Of a stretch of 64,000 bases of DNA, positions 29,309-45,740 are shown in pieces. The first letter of the stretch is position 1. Each line of letters opens with the position of its first letter. The notes under the pieces were generated by a model, which was given only the letters and a program-made list of their open reading frames with translations, was not told where the DNA came from and made no database searches. Source of the DNA: the human T2T-CHM13v2.0 reference genome, Homo sapiens. The stretch lies in the NCBI RefSeq assembly GCF_009914755.1, contig NC_060931.1. One strand, given 5' to 3'. Made by a program: the position numbers and the translations under genes.

Positions 29309-29608
29309 GTAATGACCTTTTCTGAGACCTGCAGCTCTTTGCAGGCCCTTTCACCCCTGAAAACAGCATGGCAGTGTTGGAAGGATCAGCCACTGCCTCA
29401 CTTGCAGGTGGAGGAGGTGTGACTCTTCCCAGCAACACTGTAGGGAGAACATGAACCTTCTACCTTTGCCTTCAGGGACAAAAGTAGAAGGTAGAAAAAT
29501 GGGGTGGTCGATTTTTTTTAATTTTTAATTTTTAGGGGTACATAGTAGATGTATATATTTATGGAGTATACATGAGATGTTTTGTTACAGGAATGCAATA
29601 TGTAATAA

Positions 29609-29993
<385 letters not shown>

Positions 29994-30538
29994 TATTTTA
30001 GTTGTTTTTAAATGTTCAATTAAATTATTATTGACTATAGTCACTCTGTCGTGTTAAATACTAGGTCTTATTCATCCTTTCTAACTATACATTTTTTGTA
30101 CCCATTAACCATGCCCACCTCCCTCTCACCTCCACCCTACTACCCTTCCCAGCCTCTGGTAACCATCCTTCTACGCTCTGCCTCCATTAGTTCAATTATT
30201 TGGACTTTTAGATTCCACTAACAAGTGAGAACATGCAATGTTTGTCTTTCTGTGCCTGGCTTATTTCACTTAACAACGACCTCCAGTTCCATCCATGTTG
30301 TTGCAATTGACAGGATCTCATTCTTTTTGATGGCTGAATAGTACTCCATTGTGTATATGTACCACATTTTCTCTATCCATTCATCTGTTGATGGACACTT
30401 GGGTTGCTTCCAAGTCTTGGCTATTGTGAACAGCAACAAACATGGGAGTGCAGAGATCTCTTCAATGTACTGATTTCCTTTCTTTTGGGTATATACCCAG
30501 CAGTGGGATTGCTGGATTGTATGGTAGCTCTATTTTTA

Positions 30539-30839
<301 letters not shown>

Positions 30840-30872
30840 GGTAGCTCTATTTTTAGTTTTAGGAACCTCCAT

Positions 30873-31133
30873 TTCTTTTGAGATAGGGTCTCACTCTGTG
30901 GCCCAGGCTGGAGTGCAGAGGTGCAGATCATAGCTCACCACAGCCTCGAACTCCTGGGCTCAAGTTATCCTCTGGCCTCAGCCTTCCGAGTAGCTGGGAC
31001 TACAGGCGTGCACTACCATGCCTGGTTAATTTTTTTATTTTCGTGGAGACAGGGTCTCACTTTGTTGCCCAGGTAGGTCTTCCCATCTCCCCAATGCACT
31101 GGGATTACAGGTGTGAGCCACAGCACCCGGCCC
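30873..31133 (-). mobile_element. Alu (J-like, internally deleted)
   Basis: gagatagggtctcactctgt...atcatagctcaccacagcctcgaactcctgggctcaag. Confidence 0.8.
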
Positions 31134-31369
31134 AGGGCTCTTTCCATTAGCTCACCTGCCCCCCTCATCAAAGGGCTTCTGTACTTAGTTCTGTCCCTTT
31201 CCCTCCTGGCCACTGGCTCCTCAGGGTTTTGGGAGACAGGGAACAGTGACCCCACCTTCCTCTTAAGTTTCTTTCACCTTCAAGACACCCACAGGCAGAG
31301 AATGTATCAATCCTGGGGGACATTATTGGGAGGTCGCTGTCTCACGCATACCATGGCCTTTTCCCACAG

Positions 31370-31497
31370 AAACCCCGGAAAAACTCAACGCCACTTTAGG
31401 TATGACAGTGAAAGTGACTTACAGAAATTTCACAGAAAAGATGAATGACGCATCCTCCCAGGAATACCAGAACTTCAGTACCCTCTTCAAGAATCGG
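31370..31497 (+). CDS. MUC12: MUC12 exon 4, start of SEA domain (ETPEKLNATLGMTVKVTYRNFTEKMNDASSQEYQNFSTLFKNR)
   Basis: ttttcccacAG acceptor, CGG|GTAAGA donor, 128 nt, phases match neighbours; SEA-like sequence. Confidence 0.93.
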
Positions 31498-31830
31498 GTA
31501 AGACCAGGGCACACCCAGACACCCCAGGGTGATGTCCCACGTGAGAGGAAATTGGGGGGTGCACCCCAACTTAGTGATCTGAGTTCTTCTGCTCATGAGC
31601 CCCCTCCCTACCAGTCTCCCTAAGTCTTGAAAGGAGGTCCTTTGAGAGCTTCCAGCCTTCAGCCCCACATGACCCACATTATGGCAGAGGGAGCTTCCTG
31701 GGTTGGTGGTTCCTCCTATGGGAGCTTACCTGGGCTCCACAGAAAGGTGCCTAGGGCTGCCTCAAGAAGGGTAACAGGAGAGTCTTCATGCTCTAGCTTT
31801 GTGTGACCTTCGCTGCCTTGTTTCTTTCAG

Positions 31831-31895
31831 ATGGATGTCGTTTTGAAGGGCGACAATCTTCCTCAGTATAGAGGGGTGAACATTCGGAGATTGCT
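31831..31895 (+). CDS. MUC12: MUC12 exon 5, SEA domain (MDVVLKGDNLPQYRGVNIRRL)
   Basis: tttctttcAG acceptor, GCT|GTGAGT donor, 65 nt, phase 0-2. Confidence 0.92.
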
Positions 31896-32049
31896 GTGAG
31901 TATATTGGGGGGCAGGTTTATAGATGTGGGGAAATCCTCCTTGTCCCTGCTTTCCTGCCTCCTCCTATCATGAATGGCTAGAATATCAATACTGGTTGGG
32001 TCAGAGAGTCCTGCAGCCGCTAGGGAACACTGGGGGCTGTGACACCTTT

Positions 32050-33685
<1,636 letters not shown>

Positions 33686-34154
33686 TCTAAAGGGTATTAT
33701 CAGAGACACAGGCATTGGTATCCCCAGTTGGATGTCACTGGAAGTCCTGGGAGTAGGAAGAGATGGCTCAGGTCGGGGGTGAGGGAGGGTCATGGCACAA
33801 AACGAGGGTGTCCCAGGAATGAAGCTGGAAAGCACCAACATTTAAGATCTAGCCAGAGCCCCCAGTGGAGAATGGAAAGAGGCAGATAGAGGGGTGGGAA
33901 GGGTGCTTCAAGGGTGCCGTGTCCTTGCAGCAGGGAAGAGAGGGTCCCGGTGCCCCAACCTTGCCCCTGGCTCAGCGTCGGCACCCTGGTCTTTCCATTT
34001 TGGCTCAGGATTTTTTTTGTCCAAGTCCTCCTGAGTCCTACTACTGACTTATCTTTCAAAATGACAGTGACAGATGACTTGCCTTGTCTCAAGATCTCTC
34101 CCCCCAGCTGCATCATTGGCTATTGAAGGAGTAGCTTCTAGGTTAGAAACTTAC

Positions 34155-34770
34155 CTTTTTCTTTCTTTTTTAAATTTTAAAAAATGGGGTCTTGCTCTGT
34201 TGCCTGAAGTGCAGTGGTGCAATCATAGCTCAACACAGCCTCAAACTCCTGGGCTCAAGCCATCCTCCTGACGTAGCGTCCTGAGTAGCTGGGACTACAA
34301 GCGTGCACTAACTTGGCTGGCTAATTTTTGTATTTTTTGTAGAGATGGGGTCTCATCATGTTGCCCAGGCTGGTCTTGAACTCCTGGCCTCAAGCAGTCC
34401 TCCCACCTCGGCCTCCCAAATTGCTGGGATGACAGGCATGAGCCACCGCACTTCCTGCCCTGTACTTCCTTTTTAAGGCTAAATAATATTCCACAATAGA
34501 CCACATTTGTTTCTCCATTTGTCTGTTGATGGACCCTTGGTTTGCTTCCACCTTTTGGCTATGGTAAATAATGCTACTAAAAACACAAGGGTACAAATAT
34601 AAATTCAAGACCTGCTTTCAGTTATTTTGTATATATACCCAGAAGTAGAATTGCTGGATCATGCATTAATTCTATTTTAAATTTTTTGAGGAGCTCCATA
34701 CTGTTTTCCATAGCAGCTGCACTATTTTACTTTCGCATCAACAGGACACAGGGATTCAAATTTCTCCACT
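34155..34770 (-). mobile_element. Alu (J-like, ~34155-34460) followed by old L1M fragment
   Basis: Reverse Alu, then ggctaaataatattcc...atatacccagaagtagaattgctggatca L1 text. Confidence 0.75.
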
Positions 34771-35031
34771 TGTTCATCCAAGAGCCACTATTTTGCGAGA
34801 GATGAATTTCACTCATTGGCATTTATCATGATCACTGATATGTGAGATCTTGAATCGTTTCGCTCTCCTCCCTCTGTCTGGGTGGTTAGCTGCTGGAGGG
34901 AAGACTCTGTATTCTTTCTCACCTCTGGGTCACATGGCAGCTTCATCTCCCATTACCACTCTGGGTGCTTGGGCTCCACTTGCTGGCTGGGTGGTGACAT
35001 GGGTAACTGATGAAACGATTCCCACTTCCAG

Positions 35032-35183
35032 CAACGGTAGCATCGTGGTCAAGAACGATGTCATCCTGGAGGCAGACTACACTTTAGAGTATGAGGAACT
35101 GTTTGAAAACCTGGCAGAGATTGTAAAGGCCAAGATTATGAATGAAACTAGAACAACTCTTCTTGATCCTGATTCCTGCAGAA
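35032..35183 (+). CDS. MUC12: MUC12 exon 6, SEA domain with autoproteolysis motif G/SIVV
   Basis: cccacttccAG acceptor, GAA|GTAAGC donor; encodes LNGSIVVKNDVILEADYTLEYEELFENLAEIVKAKIMNETRTTLLDPDSCR; GS(I/V)VV is the established SEA cleavage motif. Confidence 0.95.
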
Positions 35184-35554
35184 GTAAGCTCACCTAAAAC
35201 CCCTTGACACCTGTGGGTGTCTTGGAGATCGTGACCTTGACCTCTCCCTCCTCTACGTCTTCTTTCTTCTGGTACTCCCAAGACTTCTGCCACAGGAACC
35301 CAGAAGCCAGGCCCAGGGTGCCTTCCCCAGATCCCAAAGCTGCTCCCAACAGCCCCCTCTCGGTCCCAGGCTGAGGCTATCATATCCCCATTTGAGCCTC
35401 CTCACAAGCCCAGCTGCATGTCTAGGGTGGGCAAAGACTCCCACGGGCATTGGCCCAGGGGAGGGCATGGTATAGAAGAGAGAGGCCTGGCTACCCCCAG
35501 GGAGGCAGAGGGAAGTGTTTCTATTCCATCTTCCTTCCCATCCACTCTCGGCAG

Positions 35555-35626
35555 AGGCCATACTGTGCTATAGTGAAGAGGACACTTTCGTGGATTCATC
35601 GGTGACTCCGGGCTTTGACTTCCAGG
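35555..35626 (+). CDS. MUC12: MUC12 exon 7 (KAILCYSEEDTFVDSSVTPGFDFQ)
   Basis: actctcggcAG acceptor, AGG|GTAAGC donor, 72 nt, phase 1-1. Confidence 0.9.
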
Positions 35627-35715
35627 GTAAGCGACTACGTGGAGCGTGGGCACTAAGAGTGGGGGCTGGGATGCTTTGGCCAGGCTCATGCATGCTGCCC
35701 GCCCCTCTCCCTCAG

Positions 35716-35878
35716 AGCAATGCACCCAGAAGGCTGCCGAAGGATATACCCAGTTCTACTATGTGGATGTCTTGGATGGGAAGCTGGCCTGTGTGAACAA
35801 GTGCACCAAAGGAACGAAGTCGCAAATGAACTGTAACCTGGGCACATGTCAGCTGCAACGCAGTGGCCCCCGCTGCCT
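35716..35878 (+). CDS. MUC12: MUC12 exon 8, second Cys-rich/EGF-like region
   Basis: ctccctcAG acceptor, CCT|GTGAGT donor; EQCTQKAAEGYTQFYYVDVLDGKLACVNKCTKGTKSQMNCNLGTCQLQRSGPRC. Confidence 0.93.
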
Positions 35879-36137
35879 GTGAGTGTCCCCATAAGCCCAG
35901 CACCCACTCTGTCCTGGTGATAGGGCCCTCCCCCTCCCCAGCAGTCACCCACAGGGTTGGGGGATTGAGTAGAGCTTGGGAGGTGCCTCCTCCCCACTCC
36001 TGGACATACCTCTCCCCTGTAATCTCATTCCCACCCCCCACACCCACAAGAGTGAGGAGTAGGAGTAGATTATAGACATAGAGGTCCCAAAGCTGGGCAA
36101 TCCCTTCCTGAGAAAGTTCATGCTGTCAATTTCCAAA

Positions 36138-36220
36138 TCTATCTCTATCTCTATCTTTGTCTGTATCTCTATCTCTATCTCTATCTTTGTATCTCTATCT
36201 CAATCTCTATATCTGTCTAT
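36138..36220. repeat. Imperfect (TCTATC)n microsatellite
   Basis: tctatctctatctctatc... Confidence 0.85.
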
Positions 36221-36648
36221 ATTGTTAATTTCCCTTATGTCATCTCTGCCATGCTGTCAAGATTACCTCTAGCTGCAGCCACAGCACTAAGTCCACAGAC
36301 CATAAATTAAGGTGCAAAAGAAAAACCATGATAACAGGCCCATTTAGGTAGCAGATGCTTAGAGATTAGGTGGGTGAATGGTACGTGTCTGGGACGAGAC
36401 ACCCAACACTCTCAGGTCCCCTTGAGCCCTAGTCATTTGAATTCCTGATCTGCAGTCTCCAGGTCCCCCCAACTCCCTCAGTGCCCATCAGCCTGAGGAA
36501 GTCAGGGACCCAGGCTCTCTGGGGGCTGAGCTCCAGCCGTTGGAGTGAGGGAGATCTGGTTTCCTGTGCTTAGGAGAGTGGGTTAACCCTTGGGATATTG
36601 GATGTGAGGGATCCCAGGGGATCAGCGTGAGCTTGTCTGTGTCCCCAG

Positions 36649-36810
36649 GTGCCCAAATACGAACACACACTGGTACTGGGGAGAGACCTGTGAATTCAAC
36701 ATCGCCAAGAGCCTCGTGTATGGGATCGTGGGGGCTGTGATGGCGGTGCTGCTGCTCGCATTGATCATCCTAATCATCTTATTCAGCCTATCCCAGAGAA
36801 AACGGCACAG
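36649..36810 (+). CDS. MUC12: MUC12 exon 9, end of EGF-like motif plus transmembrane helix
   Basis: gtccccAG acceptor, CAG|GTGAGC donor; CPNTNTHWYWGETCEFNIAKSLVYGIVGAVMAVLLLALIILIILFSLSQRKRHR (hydrophobic span followed by basic residues). Confidence 0.95.
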
Positions 36811-37009
36811 GTGAGCTTGTGAGGCCAGCACCGCAGGCCCACACAGAGGGGACAGATCCTGGGGTGGCCACTGTCTGAATGTCCTAAGGCTCTGCTCCTT
36901 CCAGGCCAGCAATCAGAGAGGTCAGCTGAGGCCAGATGGGGTGCCCAGACCCTCCCAGCCCTGGGTGCAGCAAAGGGCGGCCTTCCTGTAGGATACATCA
37001 ATTTGGCAG

Positions 37010-37857
<848 letters not shown>

Positions 37858-38350
37858 CAGAGAATGGAAACAGAAGCTTATGTGTGGAAATTAGACTATG
37901 TAATGACATTCCCTGTAGTTAGTTATCACTCACCTTGGCCACCACAGAGCACAGCACCACATGGGGAAGCTGAGATGGAGCGTCTGGGTCTCACTTTTCC
38001 CAGCTGTAAAATGGGATAAGATGCACCTGTGAAGGTTGCTGGGAAACCCTGGCACAGTACCTGACCCGAAGTCAGCAACTGAAGGGAGCTACCCTACGCC
38101 CCCATCTCATGGATATGGAAACTGAGGGCCACTAAAGGGAGTGAGGGGCAGCCAGGAGGCCTGGCCAGTGCTTGCCTTGGTAGAAGGGAAGCCATGGTGA
38201 TGCTACTTTTTGTTCTCTGCCATCATCGCTGCCATCTCTGACTCGGGGTGTGGCTGTGACTGTCCCCTCGAGGGAAGCTGAAGGTCAGGGTCCACCAAGT
38301 CCCTCCTCAGCCTCCTTGCCTACAGCTGCTCAAGGCATTTCTGTCTGCAG

Positions 38351-38427
38351 GGAACAGTATGATGTGCCTCAAGAGTGGCGAAAGGAAGGCACCCCTGGCA
38401 TCTTCCAGAAGACGGCCATCTGGGAAG
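38351..38427 (+). CDS. MUC12: MUC12 exon 10, cytoplasmic tail (EQYDVPQEWRKEGTPGIFQKTAIWE)
   Basis: ctgtctgcAG acceptor, AAG|GTACCT donor, 77 nt, phase 2-1. Confidence 0.88.
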
Positions 38428-39051
38428 GTACCTCTAGTTAAGGGCAAGGAGATGAGCAGAGCTGGAGGGTGAAGAAAGGCAGGGCGGTGCCTGTGCCTGT
38501 GGGGGTGACGTGGGGTCCAGCCCCCCTTTGGGGTGGCTGTGACTGACAGCCCGTTCCCTACCTGCCGCTGCAGCCCCGGACCCAGACACCACCCCTGCTG
38601 TGTGCAAGAGTGCAGGAGTGGTTGAGAACCAGATCTTGCCCCCAGAGACCAACTCAGTGAGGGCATCCAGTGCACACTCAGCTAAGCGGGGTGATAGGGC
38701 CATTCCCAGGGCAGAGGGAGCAGAGGGGTGGACCTGACCCAGCCTGGGTGGGGATAGGGGGTCAGATTAGCCCCCAGGTGAGACTGACTCTTGAATAGGT
38801 GAGTAAGCAGGTGTGCTTCCTCCTTCAACACAGTGGGAGCCCAGTAAGCAGGGAGGCCTTATCCCAGTGAGGACAAGGGAAAGGGCACCCCAGGCAGGGG
38901 GCACTGCATGAGAAACGCCTGCAGTTGGGAAGGAGCTTGCTTTTGGCGGGGAAGGGAAGGCAGGTCAATCTCACAAAGAAAGAGTGAGGGACGTGAGGTT
39001 GGCAGGGCTTTGGGAATGGGGTGGGGGGTTGAGGGGCTTTGGCCGCCCACC

Positions 39052-39393
<342 letters not shown>

Positions 39394-40310
39394 TAAAGCA
39401 GGGAGACCAGGTGGAGGAAGTGAGGCTGAGGGGGTGGGGGGAGGGAGAGGAGACGCAGCCTGGTGGAGATGAGGCTGAGTGGGTGGGAGAGGGAGAGGGA
39501 GTGAGGGAGGATTTCCGGGATTGTCCGAGCTGACCCTTGGGCCCCGAAGGATGGGGGAGAAGCAGCCGGTGGAGCACACTGAGTTGGGGGGCTGGTGGGT
39601 GCTGAGGAGGAGGCTGCAAGGCTCGTGCCTGTCTGAATCTCCGGGAGGGGTCTGCAGCCTGAACCACGTACTGGAATAGAGGTTTGTCCATTCATCGGGG
39701 AGAATGCAGAGTGAGAAGTGAGGAGGGTGAAAGGAGAACCCCCCCCCAGGAGCCCCCGTAGAAGGACAGGTAGGGCATGAGGACCCCGATCTAGGAGGAC
39801 GCAGGAAAAGAGGGGTCAGAGGTGCAGGGAGAGCCCCGGAGTCCAGAGAGTGAGTGGTTCTGCGGGACCAGGAAGTAAGTGATCGCTGTGCTCCGGGAGG
39901 ATGCTGGAAGAAGATTCCAGACGCAGCTTTTTTGCCTGCTATGGTTACCGTTGCTATGAAGGAGGGCGGCCCTGCTGACCCAGAGCCAGCCCTGTCTCCC
40001 GCTCCACTCTGACCTCACCCCTGAGTCCAGGGCTGAACGCACGCTCCTCCGTGGCCCCCGCTTCCACCCCGTGCATGTGGGGGGCTTCTGCTCCGCTCCC
40101 TCCTGTTCCGGGGTCCAGCGGGCGGCTCCCCAGGCAGGCTCTGCACTTACCCGCAGCCCAGTGATGCAGGGTCGGAGGGGTGGTCGGCAGTGGGAAAGGG
40201 CGTAGGGCAGATGCCGGGCTGACTCTTCCTTTTGCCAGAGGAAATCCCCTCTGCCCCCTAGTCCTCCCCCTACCAAGGCTCCCATCACTCATCACGGCCT
40301 CTCCCTACAG

Positions 40311-40399
40311 ACCAGAATCTGAGGGAGAGCAGATTCGGCCTTGAGAACGCCTACAACAACTTCCGGCCCACCCTGGAGACTGTTGACTCTGGCACAGAG
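40311..40399 (+). CDS. MUC12: MUC12 exon 11, cytoplasmic tail with YNNF motif
   Basis: ctccctacAG acceptor, GAG|GTGACT donor; [30 protein letters not shown]. Confidence 0.92.
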
Positions 40400-40446
40400 G
40401 TGACTCAGCTGCGAGCTGCCCCCACCCCCTGAGGCTGCTCCACTTC

Positions 40447-41372
40447 CTCTGGGGTTCCCTCTTCCCCCGGGACTCCCTTCTCCCCCTGGGACTCCCTTCT
40501 CCCCCTGGGACTCCCTCCCTTCCCCCTGGGACCCCTTCCCTTTCCCTTCCCCCTGGGACTCCCTTCCTCCCCCTGGGACCCCTTCCTTTCCCCCTGGGAC
40601 TCCCTCCCTCCCCCTGGGACCCCTTCCCTTCCCCCTGGGACTCCCTCCCTCCCCCTGGGACCCCTTCCCTTCCCCCTGGGATTCCCTCCCTCCCCCTGGG
40701 ACCCCTTCCCTTCCCCCTGGGACTCCCTCCCTCCCCCTGGGACCCCTTCCCTTCCCCCTGGGACTCCCTCCCTCCCCCGGGACCCCTTCCCTTCCCCCTG
40801 GGACTCCCTCCCTCCCCCTGGGACCCCTTCCCTTCCCCCTGGGACTCCCTCCCTCCCCCTGGGACCCCTTCCCTTCCCCCTGGGACTCCCTCCCTCCCCC
40901 TGGGACCCCTTCCCTTCCCCCTGGGATTCCCTCCCTCCCCCTGGGACCCCTTCCCTTCCCCCTGGGACTCCCTCCCTCCCCCTGGGACCCCTTCCCTTCC
41001 CCCTGGGACTCCCTCCCTCCCCCTGGGACCCCTTCCCTTCCCCCGGGACTCCCTCCCTTCCCCCGGGACTCCCTCCTCCCCCAGGACTCCCTCCTCTCCT
41101 TAGGACTCCCTCCCTCTCCCTGGGACACTCTCCCTACCCCTGGGACTCCCTTCTCCCCCTAGGACTCCCTCCCTTCTCCTGGGACTCCCTCCTCCCCCAG
41201 GACTCCCTCCTCACCCTGGGGCCACCCCTTCCCCTGGGACTCCCCCCTCCCCCGCCACTCCCTCCTCTCCCTAGGACTCCCTCCCTCCCCCTGGGACTCC
41301 CTCCCTCCCCCTGGGGTTCCCTCCTCCCCGCCAGGGCTCCCTCTTCCTCCTGGGGCTCCCCCTTTCCCGGGT
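40447..41372. repeat. C-rich minisatellite filling the last MUC12 intron; 20/21-bp monomers forming a 41-bp dimer
   Basis: CCCCCTGGGACTCCCTCCCT + CCCCCTGGGACCCCTTCCCTT alternate regularly ~40570-41040 and degenerate at both ends. Confidence 0.95.
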
Positions 41373-41410
41373 CTGCCCCTTGGCCTCACCTCTTCTCTCC
41401 CGTCCCCCAG

Positions 41411-41452
41411 CTCCACATCCAGAGGCCGGAGATGGTAGCATCCACTGTGTGA
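41411..41452 (+). CDS. MUC12: MUC12 last exon, coding part (LHIQRPEMVASTV*), class I PDZ-binding C-terminus
   Basis: gtcccccAG acceptor at 41409-10; TGA 41450-41452; ends S-T-V. Confidence 0.93.
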   Translation, partial: LHIQRPEMVASTV

Positions 41453-41728
41453 GCCAACGGGGGCCTCCCACCCTCATCTAGCTCTGTTCAGGAGAGCTGC
41501 AAACACAGAGCCCACCACAAGCCTCCGGGGCGGGTCAAGAGGAGACCGAAGTCAGGCCCTGAAGCCGGTCCTGCTCTGAGCTGACAGACTTGGCCAGTCC
41601 CCTGCCTGTGCTCCTGCTGGGGAAGGCTGGGGGCTGTAAGCCTCTCCATCCGGGAGCTTCCAGACTCCCAGAAGCCTCGGCACCCCTGTCTCCTCCTGGG
41701 TGGCTCCCCACTCTGGAATTTCCCTACC

Positions 41729-41734
41729 AATAAA
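41729..41734 (+). terminator. MUC12 polyadenylation signal AATAAA
   Basis: Canonical hexamer ~280 nt after the stop codon. Confidence 0.85.
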
Positions 41735-42036
41735 AGCAAATCTGAAAGCTCAGAATGAGAAGTGAGAGGTTTCCTTCTCCTCCTTCTGCAGTTGGGGTCA
41801 GGTTAGGGGTCAGAGCCCTCCTGGGATGGGATTTCTCCCAGGACTGGCTGCTGAATGGGGCATGGAACGAATGCTCTGGGCCCCTTCCTGTGTCTTTGCA
41901 GGGAGCCCCCTCCCCGGCTCCAGTCAGGACAGGTCTAGGCCTGCCTCTGCTGAGGTCCCTGTGGCAGAAAAGCCTAATGTCAGGTTCTGGGGACAGGAGA
42001 GGACCTCAGATTCAACCCCAGTTGGCCAGGGAGTGA

Positions 42037-42493
<457 letters not shown>

Positions 42494-42529
42494 AATAAGA
42501 AGGGTTAGAAAAGAGACAAAGGGGGTGTC

Positions 42530-42951
42530 CCTGCTAGGGGTTAGGGTCAAATGCAGGTGGTACCCTCCTCCTTTCCCAGCTCAGGCCCAGTCCCTCTTGC
42601 CCATCTCCCACCACCCTCGGTCGGGGGATCTCATCAGTTCCCCCCTGGCTCCTACAGGCCCTCTGGGCTGCCCCTCTGTTGGGGTGATAAAGCTGATAAC
42701 CCTCATGCCTATGGGCTGCCGGGCCAGGGAGAGGCACCCCCTCCCTCTGCCCTTTGGCCTGAAACAGGCCCTGCGCCCCAAGTCATGAGGGAAGCTTCCA
42801 GACTGACTCAGGCTCAGGCTGGCCCCTGATCCCCAGTGTCTCAGGGACCAAAGGTCTCTGGCACCCATTTATTTATCAGTTTCCTTCTCTGAGGCTCATT
42901 TCGCCAGCTCCTCTGGGGGTGACAGGCAAGTGAGACGTGCTCAGAGCTCCG
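42530..42951 (+). promoter_or_regulatory. MUC17 proximal promoter/5' UTR with candidate GATA, HNF4/DR1 and CDX-like sites
   Basis: TGATAA at 42685 and 42694, TTATCA at 42873; DR1-like GGACCA-A-AGGTCT 42845-42857 and GGGGTT-A-GGGTCA 42537-42549; TTTATTTAT ~42868. Motif matches only. Confidence 0.6.
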
Positions 42952-43033
42952 ATGCCAAGGCCAGGGACCATGGCGCTGTGTCTGCTGACCTTGGTCCTCT
43001 CGCTCTTGCCCCCACAAGCTGCTGCAGAACAGG
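42952..43033 (+). CDS. MUC17: MUC17 exon 1, signal peptide (MPRPGTMALCLLTLVLSLLPPQAAAEQ)
   Basis: Recognised MUC17 N-terminus; hydrophobic signal sequence; AGG|GTGAGT donor, phase 1. Confidence 0.95.
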
Positions 43034-43997
43034 GTGAGTGACCCCCACGCCCCGCTGCCCAAGAGGCCCCCATCCCAGGGGCCAGCCTGCTCTGTCTGCC
43101 CATCCCCGAGGGAGAGCTGCCTCCAGGACACCAATAGGGGTGTGCCCTCTGCCTGGAGCTCAGCCCTGTGCCTACCCCCTGGACTTCTCTTCTCTCCCCA
43201 GCGAGCTTTGGGGGAAGAGCCAGGGCATTGGAGCCTCTTCCAGTTGAGGTCTCTGAGCCTTAGTTTCCCCTTCCGAGCCTCAGTCTCCCCTCCGGAAAGT
43301 AAGAATAATAACACCTGCTTTTCAGGGCAGCTGCTAGGATTGAAAAGAGCTCCCCCCCCGAGGCATGATCCCTGGCACAAGACTGGTGTTCAACCCATAT
43401 TAGAGTCTATCCTTACCCAGTGAATGTTCCCGCCAAGTCCCTGTCACCTCCCACACCAGCACACCCTGCTGTGTGCCCCAGGAATGTTTCCGGGACATAG
43501 CCACATGGGCACAAAATGGCGTTTCAGGAGCCCCAGATTCTAATCCTGCCATGAACCAGCTGTGCACCCTGGGGCCGCTCAGTTCATCTCCTGCCTCAGT
43601 CTCCCCAAAAGACAAGGCATTAGGACCTCTGAGGATCATTCCAGCTCAGCCGCTTTGGGCTTCATGGCCACAGGGACCCCGGGGGGCTCAGAGCAGGAGG
43701 GATGACAGTGGGTTCCAGCTGGACTCTCTGGGAGCTCCCTCTGCCCCTCACCTGCCCCCAGAGAAGGGCGCAGGGGAACCAAGACAGAAACTGGACCCAT
43801 AGACCTCAGGGTCCCTGCCCCTCGAGATGTCACCCTGTGGCAATCTCACCCAGATCTGCCAGCCCATTCGTTGTAATGAAAACACTCCTTTCCTTGCACT
43901 TTCTGTGCCTTCCAGACCCTTGGTGATGTATCTCTAATAACAGCATCTTAGACATGATCTTTTGTTTTCCTCCCCAACCCTCACCTCTGTCTCCTCC

Positions 43998-45640
<1,643 letters not shown>

Positions 45641-45740
45641 AATCAAAAACACCCACCTCCTCCAGGGAGCCTTCCAGGAATCTGCACTAACTCTCCTTGC
45701 CTCAAACCCACCCCTGCAACCACAGGGGACCAGAAAAAAC

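Noticed and set aside
40292-41128. 278-aa G/R/E/P-rich minus-strand ORF with ~41-aa periodicity
   Set aside because: Arises because the 41-bp VNTR lacks stops in all three frames; no other coding evidence.
43245-43650. MIR-like fragments (ctcagtttcccc/gcctcagtctcccc), also ~37980-38140
   Set aside because: Too degenerate to bound reliably by eye, and ordinary if real.
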